A DNA stretch of 25,933 nt from assembly GCA_024274695.1 (NCBI GenBank), contig JAJSAI010000024.1, positions 1 to 25,933 of the forward strand, given 5' to 3'. Position 1 is the stretch's first letter. Each line of letters starts with the position of its first letter. The notes beneath the pieces were generated by a model. The model worked only from the letters and a program-made list of their open reading frames with translations. It was not told the origin of the DNA and ran no database searches. This document shows, piece by piece, positions 15,774 through 24,909 of this stretch. Origin of the DNA: an archaeon. Lineage in GTDB: Archaea; B1Sed10-29; JAJSAI01. The position numbers and the translations under genes are program-made.

Positions 15774-17284
15774 TTCAGGTCACTAATGTCCTTGTTTTTG
15801 TCAACCGCATCAAGCACGATGTCCTTGTCCTTGTAATAGTTCGCCATGACAAGGCCCACGTCGTGGATGTCGTTGATCCTCTTGTCAACCATCCACTTTA
15901 GTATCCTCTTCTTTTCCGCGAGATCATCTTCCAGTTCTCTTTCTGTCATTCCCGTGAGCAGGCCTATCTCGCTCCACAGCCTCAGGCTCGTCTTCTCTTG
16001 CACGAACCTGTCCTCTCTCGGCTTCCACCGGTACAGCACCCTGAAGCTCACTCCCGCTTCTGACTCTCTTCCGCCGACAGGAACGACTTCAGCGACTTCA
16101 AACGTTCTCCTGATGCCCAGCCTCCTGTGCCTGTACTGGACTAGCACGAGGTGGAGCGCTTCAAGCAGGCTTTCAGGAATGTTTATGGGGGGAGTGATGA
16201 GCCGTCTCCTGGCCTCGTCAGCCCTGTCTGCGTGCAATGTAGAGTACACGGAGTGCCCTGTGTGCATTGCTTCAAACAGCACCTCCGCCTCTCTCTGCCT
16301 TCTTATCTCTCCGACGATCATACGGTCCGGCCTCATCCTGAGAGAGTTCACCATCAGGTCAAGCATGCTCACCTCCCCCTTGCCCTCTGGATTGGGTTCT
16401 CTGGTTGTCAGGGGGATCCAGTGCAGGTATTTCGGGAGGGAGAGTTCTCTCGTGTCTTCTATGCTTATGATCCTGTGGTTCGGCTGTATGAAGGGAGTGA
16501 TCGCGTTAAGAGTGCTTGTCTTCCCGGAGCCCGTGCCTCCTGCTATGAGCACGTTAAGCTCGTACTGCACGGCCGTCCACACCAGGGAGGCAATGTCCTC
16601 GCTCATGGTGTTGATGGCGATGAAGTCAGTTACCGTCCAAGGTTTCCGGGCGAACTTCCTGATTGTTATGGTGTTACCCTTTGTTGATATGGGGAACAGG
16701 GTCGAGTTGACCCTGTCTCCTGTGATAAGGTGCGCGTCCATCAGCGGCTCTAGGACGGTAACCTGCCTGCCTACTCTCCGTCCTATGAGGTTAGCGTAGT
16801 CAAGAATCTTTTCTTCCGAGGGGACTCTTAGGTTGGTTTTGAGCCACCCGTACTTCCGGTGGTAGACCCACACGGGCTCCACAGAATTGTTTATCACCAC
16901 TTCCTCCAGGGCGTCGTCGTTCAATGGGATCTCTATGTCTCCCAGCCCGAACATCTCGTTGACGAGAAGTCCTGACAGCATCCTCTTCTCTTTCTCGTTT
17001 ATTCCAGGGATCTCTCTTTCCAGGATCCGCATCGCGTTTTCCTTGAACCTTGCCTCAAGCTTTAACGCCACCCGCGGGTCCAGGATCTCGTGCATTTCTA
17101 TTTTGGTCTCGCGGATCAGGCTGACTTTTATCTTGTCAAGCAGCGCGCGCGTCGCGGGTTTTATCTCAGGAGTCGTGACAACGTAAAGGGGAGTGAACTC
17201 TTTTCCTTTGACTATTCTTATGAGCGCTGGGTAGTCCCTGGCGTTAACCTCGTACTCTTCAACCACGATCTCTTTTGAAGCCAT
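15770..17284 (-). CDS. Pilus assembly ATPase (TadA/CpaF/VirB11 family)
   Basis: Walker A GGTGSGKT; SIEDTREL; LRMRPDRMIVGEIR; TGH...STLHA. Confidence 0.96.
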   Translation of the reverse strand: MASKEIVVEEYEVNARDYPALIRIVKGKEFTPLYVVTTPEIKPATRALLDKIKVSLIRETKIEMHEILDPRVALKLEARFKENAMRILEREIPGINEKEKRMLSGLLVNEMFGLGDIEIPLNDDALEEVVINNSVEPVWVYHRKYGWLKTNLRVPSEEKILDYANLIGRRVGRQVTVLEPLMDAHLITGDRVNSTLFPISTKGNTITIRKFARKPWTVTDFIAINTMSEDIASLVWTAVQYELNVLIAGGTGSGKTSTLNAITPFIQPNHRIISIEDTRELSLPKYLHWIPLTTREPNPEGKGEVSMLDLMVNSLRMRPDRMIVGEIRRQREAEVLFEAMHTGHSVYSTLHADRADEARRRLITPPINIPESLLEALHLVLVQYRHRRLGIRRTFEVAEVVPVGGRESEAGVSFRVLYRWKPREDRFVQEKTSLRLWSEIGLLTGMTERELEDDLAEKKRILKWMVDKRINDIHDVGLVMANYYKDKDIVLDAVDKNKDISDLK

Positions 17285-18619
17285 TCACACCACCAAGTAT
17301 GCCAGTATCACTGCCGCGGTCAGCGCCGCGAGCACCACGTAGACTATCTTCCTTTCAGGGGAAACGCTTTTCTTGTGGAACGCCTTCTTCGCTTCCTCGT
17401 ACTCGCTCCTGGCTCTTTCTACCGCACTCTCGCTCTGTTTTATTATCTTGTGAACGCGCCTTATGGTATCGTTCTGCTCGTCAAGCCTGCGCTTCAGGAT
17501 CTTCTGTTTCTCCTTAAGCTCCTGTATGGCTGTTCTCTTCTTGAGCGCGTTCCTGGCCTGTTTCTCGGTTTCGTAGGACGCGAGCACTCTTTCAAGGATC
17601 TCCTGTTCCCTTGACTGGAGCGCCTTTATCTTCTCCCCAACTTCTCCTACTTCCGGAACCTCTTCTTCTATCGCTTTTATTTCTCTTGTCACGTCGTCCA
17701 AGAGCTTGTGCAGTCTTTCAAGTTCCTGCTCTGTTTTCTTGTCCCACTCTCCTTCAGGGAGTTCCGCAAGCCTTTTCTCAAGTTCCTTCTTCTTTTCCAG
17801 CACTCTCCTGAGGTCCTGGGAGACCTCTTTCTCGTATGATACCCATGCCTGCAGGTCCTCTGCCTTTGCCTTCAGTATCTTTGCCTTTGCGCCCCTTGCT
17901 TTCCTGAGGTCTTTCTTGACCTGCTTGAGCTCCTGCTTCATCTCGGATATTACCCTCAGGGACTCTCTGATCATTTCCTCCTCGCGGTCAAGCCTGCCGA
18001 GTTTTTCAAGAACCTCTGACTTTTCCCTGAGACCGAGGAACTCTCTGATGGCCTGTTCAATCTCCTCCTTTTTCTTAAGCAGGGCCGCATGCTTTCTGAC
18101 CTTCTTCTCGTACTTCTTGAGTCCTGCGAGCTCCTCCCTGACAGCGTCAAGTTCCTGCAGGAGTCTTTCAAGTTCAATGTCTGGCTCTGGCCCGAGCTTT
18201 TCCAGTTCCCTGTTTATGCTCTCGTACGCTCTCGCAATCTTTTCGGCCTTTTTCTTGAGTCCCGCGAGTTCCTTCCTCATCCTGCGAAGTTCTTTGAGCA
18301 TTCTGATGTACTCTTTCTTCTTCTGCTTGACAAGGGCCTTCTGCTCCCTTGCCCTGCGCACCCGCGCTCTCTTCTCCTTCTCCTCAACTGTTATGGTCTC
18401 CTCTTCAGAGGGCAGCATTATCACCGGGCTCAGCATCGGGGCGGCGGGGTAGACTATTTTCACGAGCCCCTTCTCCTCCAGGACCTCAGCCCATTCCTCA
18501 ACAACGCTGGGCGGGAGTCCGAGGGCCATTGCAGCGTTCACGCTGGTTATCTTCTTGTTCTTCTGCACGAGCTCGTACAGCTCGTCTATCTTGGTCCTGA
18601 TCTCTTTTCTTACAGGGAT
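17285..18619 (-). CDS. wHTH, long coiled coil and C-terminal TM protein; start uncertain
   Basis: TKIDELYELV...AAMALG...VEEWAEVLEEKGLVKIVYP wHTH-like domain; ~330 aa of heptads; terminal hydrophobic helix. First canonical start is GTG 18568 but the frame stays open to 18634. Confidence 0.75.
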   Translation of the reverse strand: MPVRKEIRTKIDELYELVQKNKKITSVNAAMALGLPPSVVEEWAEVLEEKGLVKIVYPAAPMLSPVIMLPSEEETITVEEKEKRARVRRAREQKALVKQKKKEYIRMLKELRRMRKELAGLKKKAEKIARAYESINRELEKLGPEPDIELERLLQELDAVREELAGLKKYEKKVRKHAALLKKKEEIEQAIREFLGLREKSEVLEKLGRLDREEEMIRESLRVISEMKQELKQVKKDLRKARGAKAKILKAKAEDLQAWVSYEKEVSQDLRRVLEKKKELEKRLAELPEGEWDKKTEQELERLHKLLDDVTREIKAIEEEVPEVGEVGEKIKALQSREQEILERVLASYETEKQARNALKKRTAIQELKEKQKILKRRLDEQNDTIRRVHKIIKQSESAVERARSEYEEAKKAFHKKSVSPERKIVYVVLAALTAAVILAYLVV

Positions 18620-19665
18620 CTTACCACCCTCAGATTAGTCCCCTTAAACGCAGCGAATCCGGGGACATCGTGAGCGATCACATTATCCCCTGTGACGTTC
18701 ACAGTAATCAGGAAAACTTTGTTGTTTAAAAAAGTGGCTGACCCGCTCGCCCGCGGCTTTTCTCCTGAGAAATCCGTCGTGCCCGACAGGTAGTAGTAGT
18801 CATAGGAGGAATCATTCCCGTTATCGCAGACTATCAGGTAGTACGTCACTCCCCCGAGCACAATGCTCCCGTAGTGCTTTGCCAGGCCGAAAGAAGAGGG
18901 GTAGTCAGGTTCTGTGTACCCAGGGTTTGACGTGCTGGAAGTGCTTCCCAGGGTCCTGGGCCCGCTCAGCACCAGTTCTCCCGGGGTACCGAAGGTCTGG
19001 TTTACAGTGATCTCGCCGGAGTATCCTGAATAGTCTACGGTCAGTTCCGTCTGCGAATAGTTTACTACTATCCTGCCGTCAGGATAGGTCAGGTTCAGTT
19101 GGCATGATCCGGAGACCAGCGCGTTGTACTGGCATCCTCCAGAGTTGATGATGATCCTCTTGCCAGAGCCTTCCGTGCAGTCCTCTGACAGAGAGCAGGA
19201 CACGCTGCCCGTCCGGTACGAGTAGTTCAGGAAGCCTGAGATCCTGATGACCCTGCTTGAAAAGTTTGACTGGTAAGAAGAGTTCTCGGACCACAGGAAA
19301 AGAGTTCCGGTGGAGCCCAGCTGGCCTGTGTCGGGAGTGGCGTTCGCGCCGATCTCCTGGTACCCTCTCGTGATGTCCTGCTGGAGCAACAGCATTATCC
19401 TGGTAGCGTTCCTGTCTGACAGGGTTTCTGTGACAGTGCAGGCTCCTCGCCCGCATTCCCAGGACACGCGCGAGAGTGTCCTCAGGTCCTGGGAGACTGA
19501 CTCTCCTATCCTGCTCAAGCTAGCTCCAGAAACCGGCTTCCATGACTGTGTTTCGGTCATGCTCATGAGGAGGTACAGCATTGTGACTGACAAGAGCACC
19601 AGCATTGCGGCCATTATGGAGTACACGAACCCCCTACCACGAAAAGACCTTGACGGTTCCAACAT
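18610..19665 (-). CDS. Large minor pilin-like protein
   Basis: RGRG/FVYSIMAAMLVLL; S/G/T-rich exported domain with Cys pairs and sequons. Confidence 0.75.
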   Translation of the reverse strand: MLEPSRSFRGRGFVYSIMAAMLVLLSVTMLYLLMSMTETQSWKPVSGASLSRIGESVSQDLRTLSRVSWECGRGACTVTETLSDRNATRIMLLLQQDITRGYQEIGANATPDTGQLGSTGTLFLWSENSSYQSNFSSRVIRISGFLNYSYRTGSVSCSLSEDCTEGSGKRIIINSGGCQYNALVSGSCQLNLTYPDGRIVVNYSQTELTVDYSGYSGEITVNQTFGTPGELVLSGPRTLGSTSSTSNPGYTEPDYPSSFGLAKHYGSIVLGGVTYYLIVCDNGNDSSYDYYYLSGTTDFSGEKPRASGSATFLNNKVFLITVNVTGDNVIAHDVPGFAAFKGTNLRVVRSL

Positions 19666-20074
19666 AATCACCGTAAGCGAATGTCACTGTTGCGGTGGCC
19701 ACGGTGTCCGTAGGCCCCGGCCACCTGTTAGCGGGCCAACTCGCCCGCACGCTCCCCACTTGGCCCGTCTCGTTGTAAACCCTGACCTCAGCGCTCAGGG
19801 CAGTCTGGCTTCCTCCAACGTTCCTGAGCAAGCTCCTTAGCCTGCTCCTGGCCCTGTTGACTCTCCCGTCCAGGACGCTTGACACCACGTCCTGGAACAG
19901 GGGGTGGTGTTTCACTGTTCCCGCCACGCTCTCCAGGTAATAGTGCTGATCGTACTGGTACAGTCTGGAGTACGGCATGTTCTCGGTCAGCGCGGTCAGT
20001 ACAGTGAACGCCGCCACCACCAGCAGCAGCGCGACCACAGCGTCAGCCGAGAACACAAAACCCTTTAGTACCAT
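19634..20074 (-). CDS. Minor pilin
   Basis: MVLKG/FVFSADAVVALLLVV. Confidence 0.85.
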   Translation of the reverse strand: MVLKGFVFSADAVVALLLVVAAFTVLTALTENMPYSRLYQYDQHYYLESVAGTVKHHPLFQDVVSSVLDGRVNRARSRLRSLLRNVGGSQTALSAEVRVYNETGQVGSVRASWPANRWPGPTDTVATATVTFAYGDYVGTVKVFSW

Positions 20075-20499
20075 ACTCTCAGCCTCATGGTGACCGTTTC
20101 CCCTTCAAGCACTCCCTTCCTCTCGCTCGTGACCGTAGGAGAGCCTTCCCTCGCGGGAAGCCCGTTGGTCTTGTTCAACACCACCCCAGAAACCTGGACC
20201 ACGTTCCCAAGGCCGTCTGTGACAGACAACTCGTACCCAGACCAGATGTTGTACTCTCCTGTCAGGTTAGTGCTGTTGAACAACAGGACAAGCCTGTCCC
20301 TGTTGAACACGCTGTCAGAACTTGTGTTATGATAAATCATGTTAATAGCGTGGTACGCTTCTCTCTCCAGCAGGGAGTATGCCGCGGACGCGGAGTACCT
20401 GTAGCTGAGGCTGTCAATCGCATAGTACGCGATTCCCAGCATTACGAAGAACAGGGCGAGGGACGCTACCAGATCAGAACTGAACACCTGCCCCCTCAT
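20065..20499 (-). CDS. Minor pilin
   Basis: MRG/QVFSSDLVASLALFFVML. Confidence 0.85.
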   Translation of the reverse strand: MRGQVFSSDLVASLALFFVMLGIAYYAIDSLSYRYSASAAYSLLEREAYHAINMIYHNTSSDSVFNRDRLVLLFNSTNLTGEYNIWSGYELSVTDGLGNVVQVSGVVLNKTNGLPAREGSPTVTSERKGVLEGETVTMRLRVWY

Positions 20500-20894
20500 T
20501 TTACTATCACCCTGCCCCCCTGGTTTTCCACGGTCTGGTTGCCCCCGTAGTTCCAGCCAAGCACTTCAACGTTCCCAGTGCACAAGGGGCTTGACGCGAA
20601 CATCTCCCCTGACTCAACAGTAACTGTCTTCTGCTCAGGAGAAAAGAACACAGTGTAGTTCAGGCCAGCGATCTTTTCCGGCAGGAAGAAAACACTCTGG
20701 TACCCCGGCAGGGATACTGCAGCAGTGTTTATCTCCATCGCGATCGCGTCAGCCTGCTTCTGCAGTTCCTCCTGCCTCCAGGCTGTCTTGAACTCAGCCT
20801 GTTTGGCCAGGAAGAACCCTGAGTATATTGTAAGCACTAGGAGCAAGAACATGGCAATGTACAGGAACTCCAGGCTCACCTGCGCTTTATTCAC
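20496..20894 (-). CDS. Minor pilin
   Basis: MNKA/QVSLEFLYIAMFLLLV. Confidence 0.87.
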   Translation of the reverse strand: MNKAQVSLEFLYIAMFLLLVLTIYSGFFLAKQAEFKTAWRQEELQKQADAIAMEINTAAVSLPGYQSVFFLPEKIAGLNYTVFFSPEQKTVTVESGEMFASSPLCTGNVEVLGWNYGGNQTVENQGGRVIVK

Positions 20895-23575
20895 CCGGAC
20901 ACCACCATGGGCACTGTCTCAACGTACGACTGTCTTATCATGGCTCCCACTGGCTTGTCAGCAGTCAGGTTGAACAAGTTTCCTGGGTCATAGCCTGCCA
21001 CCACCTGGTACCTGGAAACGTTGTACGTGCTGCTCCCAACGGTCACAGTAGTATTGTCCTGCAGCCCCAGTATCATGTAGTAGAACCCGCTGTACTGCAG
21101 GGGGAACATGAGCCTCTTTGAGGTCCCTGACGGCAGCACGAGCGGTGATGTTCCGTCAGCATACCATGCTATAACAGACCCTGCCAGGGGAGAGTCTGAG
21201 ATAACCTCAACCGAGGCGAACGGGTTGTCCGGGAAGGACGCGGTCACCCCGCAGGCGGTGGTGAGAGTGTCAATATCCGTGGTAAAGCTTCCCTTGGCAG
21301 GGATTACGGTGTTGTACCTGCATTCTATGTTCTGGCAGACAGAGTACCCGCTCCCGAGATCCTGGCACTCTCCGTAGTTTGCTGGCCTGACTATCAGCGT
21401 CACGTTGGCGTTCCCGAGAGGAGAGGACAAGAGGATGTTAGACCCCCACTTCTCGTACAACGGGGCGTACGCGTGCGTGAACAGGGACTCTTCAGAGTAT
21501 ATCACCGCGTTCTCCCCGTCGGGCTTCGCGTACGCGTGGCCCGAACCAGAGTACTCTATCTCAACAAGACCGTTTGTCACGGCAACGTACCTGCTGACAC
21601 TGCCGTTGTCCGCGAGGGCTCCCGAGTAAGTGCTCCTCTGGCCCCCGTTGGAGTAGTACGACGTGATCGTGTACGCTCCCCCCTGGTCCGCTGAAAGCAG
21701 GTAGTAGTCTGACGCGTACCCTGAAGCGTACCACTTCTTTCCTGAAGAAACATAGCCCATGGTGAAGGACTGCCATATGGGCGCCAGGGAAAGCGCGACA
21801 CTATTGTTACACTCTACCACTATCTTCCGCGGGTAATAACTCCATCCCGCGAAGGAGCTCACCTGCAGTGCCGTGACCCCTGAAACCGTTGCCGTGGTGG
21901 TGGCAGGAGTTCCCCCGGACGACCTGTACGCGGTTATGTTGCAGGACGCGGTCCCGTTGGCAGGGGCTAGCACCAGCACCGTGCTCCCGCTCTCGGCAGT
22001 AGCGTAAATCGTCTTCCCCGTAGAGAGAGTTCCCGATTCTGCCGGCGCGGCCCTTACCTCAAACGCCTTCTCTGCCTGCAGGTTCCACACCTGGTCTGCC
22101 ACGCGCACGGTCCAGTTGCCCGTGGGATCATCGGTCGTGATATTGTATGATCCGAGGAACCTCGTCTGGTTTGAGACAAAGTGCTGTTTTTGTGTTCCTG
22201 AAGAGTCCACAAGGTAGAGGTCGTACGTTGAAGTCCCGTTGGTCATGTTAACCTCGTAGTAGACCGTGCTGGGGCAGTTGTAGAACAGGGGGGCGTTCAC
22301 GCTCACGGTCTTCGGGGCCAGCGAGGGCCGTATCGTGTCAGTGTAAAAGAATGCTCCGGCAAAGCTTTTCCTTGCCCTTGAGGAGCTTGTTTCAAGCTCT
22401 GTTATCTGAATCCACGCGCTCCCGTCCCAGAGTTCTGCGTTCAGGTCGTACCCGTCATCCGTTATCAGGGCCATTACCCTGTTGGAATTAGGGTCAGGGT
22501 ACAGTTCTATCTCTCTTGGGTCCGTTGTCCCTGTGAGCATTGGCGCTTCAGCGCTCCATGTGCTCCCGTCCCACGTTCTGTAGTACGCGGGGTCAATGTT
22601 CCGTCTCCCGTAAACAACTACAGCCTTTTCAATGGTATAGTACGCTAGCCCGAAGTCAGGCCTCCAGCTCGCTTCAATGTTGGTGTTCAGCTCAGTGTTA
22701 GCTCCCCACTTGCTTCCGTCCCACGGCTGGCAGTTGATATCACTCGCGGCATCAAGAGAACAGAACATCATCCCTTCTCCTGCCGGCGCGGCCCTCAGTT
22801 TTATCCACCTCGGCCACGCTCCCACGCTGTTCAGGCTGGCCTGGGCGCTCCATGTGCTCCCGTCCCACACCCTGTATTTCGGGATGTTGTTCGCCTCTCC
22901 CCAGACGACTACAGCATGTCCTGTGTCGTGCTCGAAGGCAACGTCAAAATCCTGGTACCAGTAGTACCCAGTGCTGCCGAGCAGTACAGGAGAGCTCCAT
23001 CCCGTTCCGTCCCATGTCTGCGCGTACAGGTTGTAGTTAGCGTCCAAGGAGACCGCGACCGCCCTCGTGCTGTTGTACACCTCCAGGCGAACCCAGTAAA
23101 TGCTGGAGGAAGGAAGAGGGTTGAGGGACTGCTGGCTTCCCAGCGTGCTCGTGCCGGAGTCCCACACCCTGTACTTTAGGGTGCTCGTGCCGTCATAGTA
23201 TACTATCATCGCATTGCCAGTGTCGTTAAAGTACGCGATGTCAAACGGCCGGTACGTTGTGGCAACACCCGGCCCTCCGAGCAGCATCGGACCCTCCCAT
23301 CCTGTCCCGTTGAAAAAGTACAGCACGAGAACACCGTTCCCATTGTAGAACCCGAGCAAGGCCTCCTTGTATTCCGGGCTGGTCTTCAGGACCTTCCAGT
23401 AGTTGTTGCTGGCTCCCGCGTCAGGAAGGCTCTGTTCCGCGCCCCACGTGTTATCCCACACACGGTACCTGGGAACAGTCGCCGCTCCAGAGTCATAGTA
23501 AGACGCCACGAAAGACGCGGAATAGGATAATCCTAGCAGGACTGCCAGCACAGCAAGCGTTACACTCAAGCGCAT
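20891..23575 (-). CDS. 894-aa secreted protein with WDGxxW beta-propeller repeats; candidate pilus adhesin
   Basis: Sec-type signal peptide; eight ~50-aa repeats; beta-rich C-terminal domains; embedded in the minor pilin operon. Confidence 0.75.
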   Translation of the reverse strand: MRLSVTLAVLAVLLGLSYSASFVASYYDSGAATVPRYRVWDNTWGAEQSLPDAGASNNYWKVLKTSPEYKEALLGFYNGNGVLVLYFFNGTGWEGPMLLGGPGVATTYRPFDIAYFNDTGNAMIVYYDGTSTLKYRVWDSGTSTLGSQQSLNPLPSSSIYWVRLEVYNSTRAVAVSLDANYNLYAQTWDGTGWSSPVLLGSTGYYWYQDFDVAFEHDTGHAVVVWGEANNIPKYRVWDGSTWSAQASLNSVGAWPRWIKLRAAPAGEGMMFCSLDAASDINCQPWDGSKWGANTELNTNIEASWRPDFGLAYYTIEKAVVVYGRRNIDPAYYRTWDGSTWSAEAPMLTGTTDPREIELYPDPNSNRVMALITDDGYDLNAELWDGSAWIQITELETSSSRARKSFAGAFFYTDTIRPSLAPKTVSVNAPLFYNCPSTVYYEVNMTNGTSTYDLYLVDSSGTQKQHFVSNQTRFLGSYNITTDDPTGNWTVRVADQVWNLQAEKAFEVRAAPAESGTLSTGKTIYATAESGSTVLVLAPANGTASCNITAYRSSGGTPATTTATVSGVTALQVSSFAGWSYYPRKIVVECNNSVALSLAPIWQSFTMGYVSSGKKWYASGYASDYYLLSADQGGAYTITSYYSNGGQRSTYSGALADNGSVSRYVAVTNGLVEIEYSGSGHAYAKPDGENAVIYSEESLFTHAYAPLYEKWGSNILLSSPLGNANVTLIVRPANYGECQDLGSGYSVCQNIECRYNTVIPAKGSFTTDIDTLTTACGVTASFPDNPFASVEVISDSPLAGSVIAWYADGTSPLVLPSGTSKRLMFPLQYSGFYYMILGLQDNTTVTVGSSTYNVSRYQVVAGYDPGNLFNLTADKPVGAMIRQSYVETVPMVVSG

Positions 23576-24642
23576 TCTCTCACCTCAAAGGAGGTTGTTC
23601 TCACATCGGTCGAGTCGTTCAGTTCTACGAGGTACGTTCCTGGAACGAGATTGTTCGTGACGAGATAGTACTGCACGTTCCCCGAGGAATCCGTTTGAAC
23701 GTCCTTAGGGAATCCGGTCAAGGGAGTTCCTCCGACGGAGACGTTCAGGGTGACAATACTGTTAGGATCCCATCCGCTGCCAGTGATGTTGACTATCTTG
23801 CCCTGGTAGAACACGTCCCACGGCACGGTATAGCCAGGGTCCTTGTACGTCTGCACGGTGTACACCGGGCGCGTGTAGTTCCCTGTCACTATCGTGGAAT
23901 TGTAAACGTTAACCTCTACCTCAAGGTACTCGGTAGCATTAGCCCCTGAAACAACTATCGTCGCATAGTGTATTCGAGGAGAAGCGTTGTAGGGGACTGC
24001 AACGGTCGCGTTAAAGTACTCCCTGCCCTGAGAGAGTATGACCGCGGTCGCGTTAGACAACGTGACCCAAGAGCCCACCTCTCCCGTCACGTTCATGGTA
24101 ATCCCCACGCTCCCGTCAAGATAGTTTGACACCGAGTACTGGAATGTGCTGGTGTTTCCTGCGGGAACGCTCAGGTACTGGTAGTGGGGGTCAACCACTA
24201 TGGAGAGATAAGGTGTTATGATAACGTACCCATCGTCAGACATATAGACATTGAAAACGTAGACCCCCGGGCCGTCGGGCCACGAGCCCCTGAGCCTGGC
24301 GTTGGTCGTCTTCCACACGTCATTGTATCCTGAGCTTGTTTCTACACGCAGGTTTATCTCCCTCTCGCTAGCCCCGGCGCCCGCCCACGCGGGCTTTCCT
24401 ATGTACGACTCGTTCCATACCACTCCTGCAGGAACCGTTCCCCTCACTCTAGCTATTGACCCTGGGCCCTGCGCGTAAACGTACTCTGCCGCGCTGGCCA
24501 GGTCGTTAACGAGCTTCCTGGCCTGCACGAGGGTGGTGTCCGTCTGAGACGTTTTCAGCGCGGTCCAGACGAAAGGCAACAGCAAGAGTCCTGCGAACGC
24601 GAGCACGAGCAGTAGCTCTATCGCAGCCTGCCCTCTTCTCAT
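23566..24642 (-). CDS. Large minor pilin with Ig-like extensions
   Basis: MRRG/QAAIELLLVLAFAGLLLLP...LASAAEYVYAQGPGS; start moved to ATG 24642; many sequons. Confidence 0.87.
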   Translation of the reverse strand: MRRGQAAIELLLVLAFAGLLLLPFVWTALKTSQTDTTLVQARKLVNDLASAAEYVYAQGPGSIARVRGTVPAGVVWNESYIGKPAWAGAGASEREINLRVETSSGYNDVWKTTNARLRGSWPDGPGVYVFNVYMSDDGYVIITPYLSIVVDPHYQYLSVPAGNTSTFQYSVSNYLDGSVGITMNVTGEVGSWVTLSNATAVILSQGREYFNATVAVPYNASPRIHYATIVVSGANATEYLEVEVNVYNSTIVTGNYTRPVYTVQTYKDPGYTVPWDVFYQGKIVNITGSGWDPNSIVTLNVSVGGTPLTGFPKDVQTDSSGNVQYYLVTNNLVPGTYLVELNDSTDVRTTSFEVRECA

Positions 24643-24662
24643 GCTAGAACAAAAGAAGGGCA

Positions 24663-24672
24663 AGTATTATAA
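24663..24672 (-). promoter_or_regulatory. TATA box of the pilus operon
   Basis: TTATAATACT about 23 nt before ATG 24642. Confidence 0.55.
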
Positions 24673-24757
24673 GGATTACCTTTCCGCTCCGAGTGAACTG
24701 CCAGGCAGGCTCGTGAGAGAACCTATTTATTCCAACGGTTCGGAAAAAGTAGTGGCC

Positions 24758-24897
24758 GCGGGGGTGCCCTAGCCTGGTCCATGGGGCCGGACTTAAGAAA
24801 CCCTTTTCCGCTGGGCGCGCGAAAGCGTTTACGGGAAAAGGGGTTGGAGGCATCCGGTGGCTTAGTGCCATCACGGGTTCAAATCCCGTCCCCCGCA
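24758..24897 (+). tRNA. tRNA-Leu (anticodon TAA) with a 54-nt intron at 37/38 (24798-24851)
   Basis: GCGGGGG/CCCCCGC acceptor, A73; CCGGA-CTTAAG|A-TCCGG after splicing; variable arm TGGC/GCCA; ACGGG-TTCAAAT-CCCGT. Confidence 0.95.
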
Positions 24898-24909
24898 CTC
24901 GCTCTAACT

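Noticed and set aside
13812-18673. Long plus-strand ORFs (326, 317, 248 and 194 aa)
   Set aside because: Antisense shadows of well-supported minus-strand genes; Ser/Phe/Leu-rich with no motifs.
24798-24851. tRNA intron as a C/D guide RNA or a relative of the 55-bp repeat
   Set aside because: No RUGAUGA or CUGA boxes. The shared CCCTTTT/AAAAGGG is short, low-complexity and in reversed arm order.
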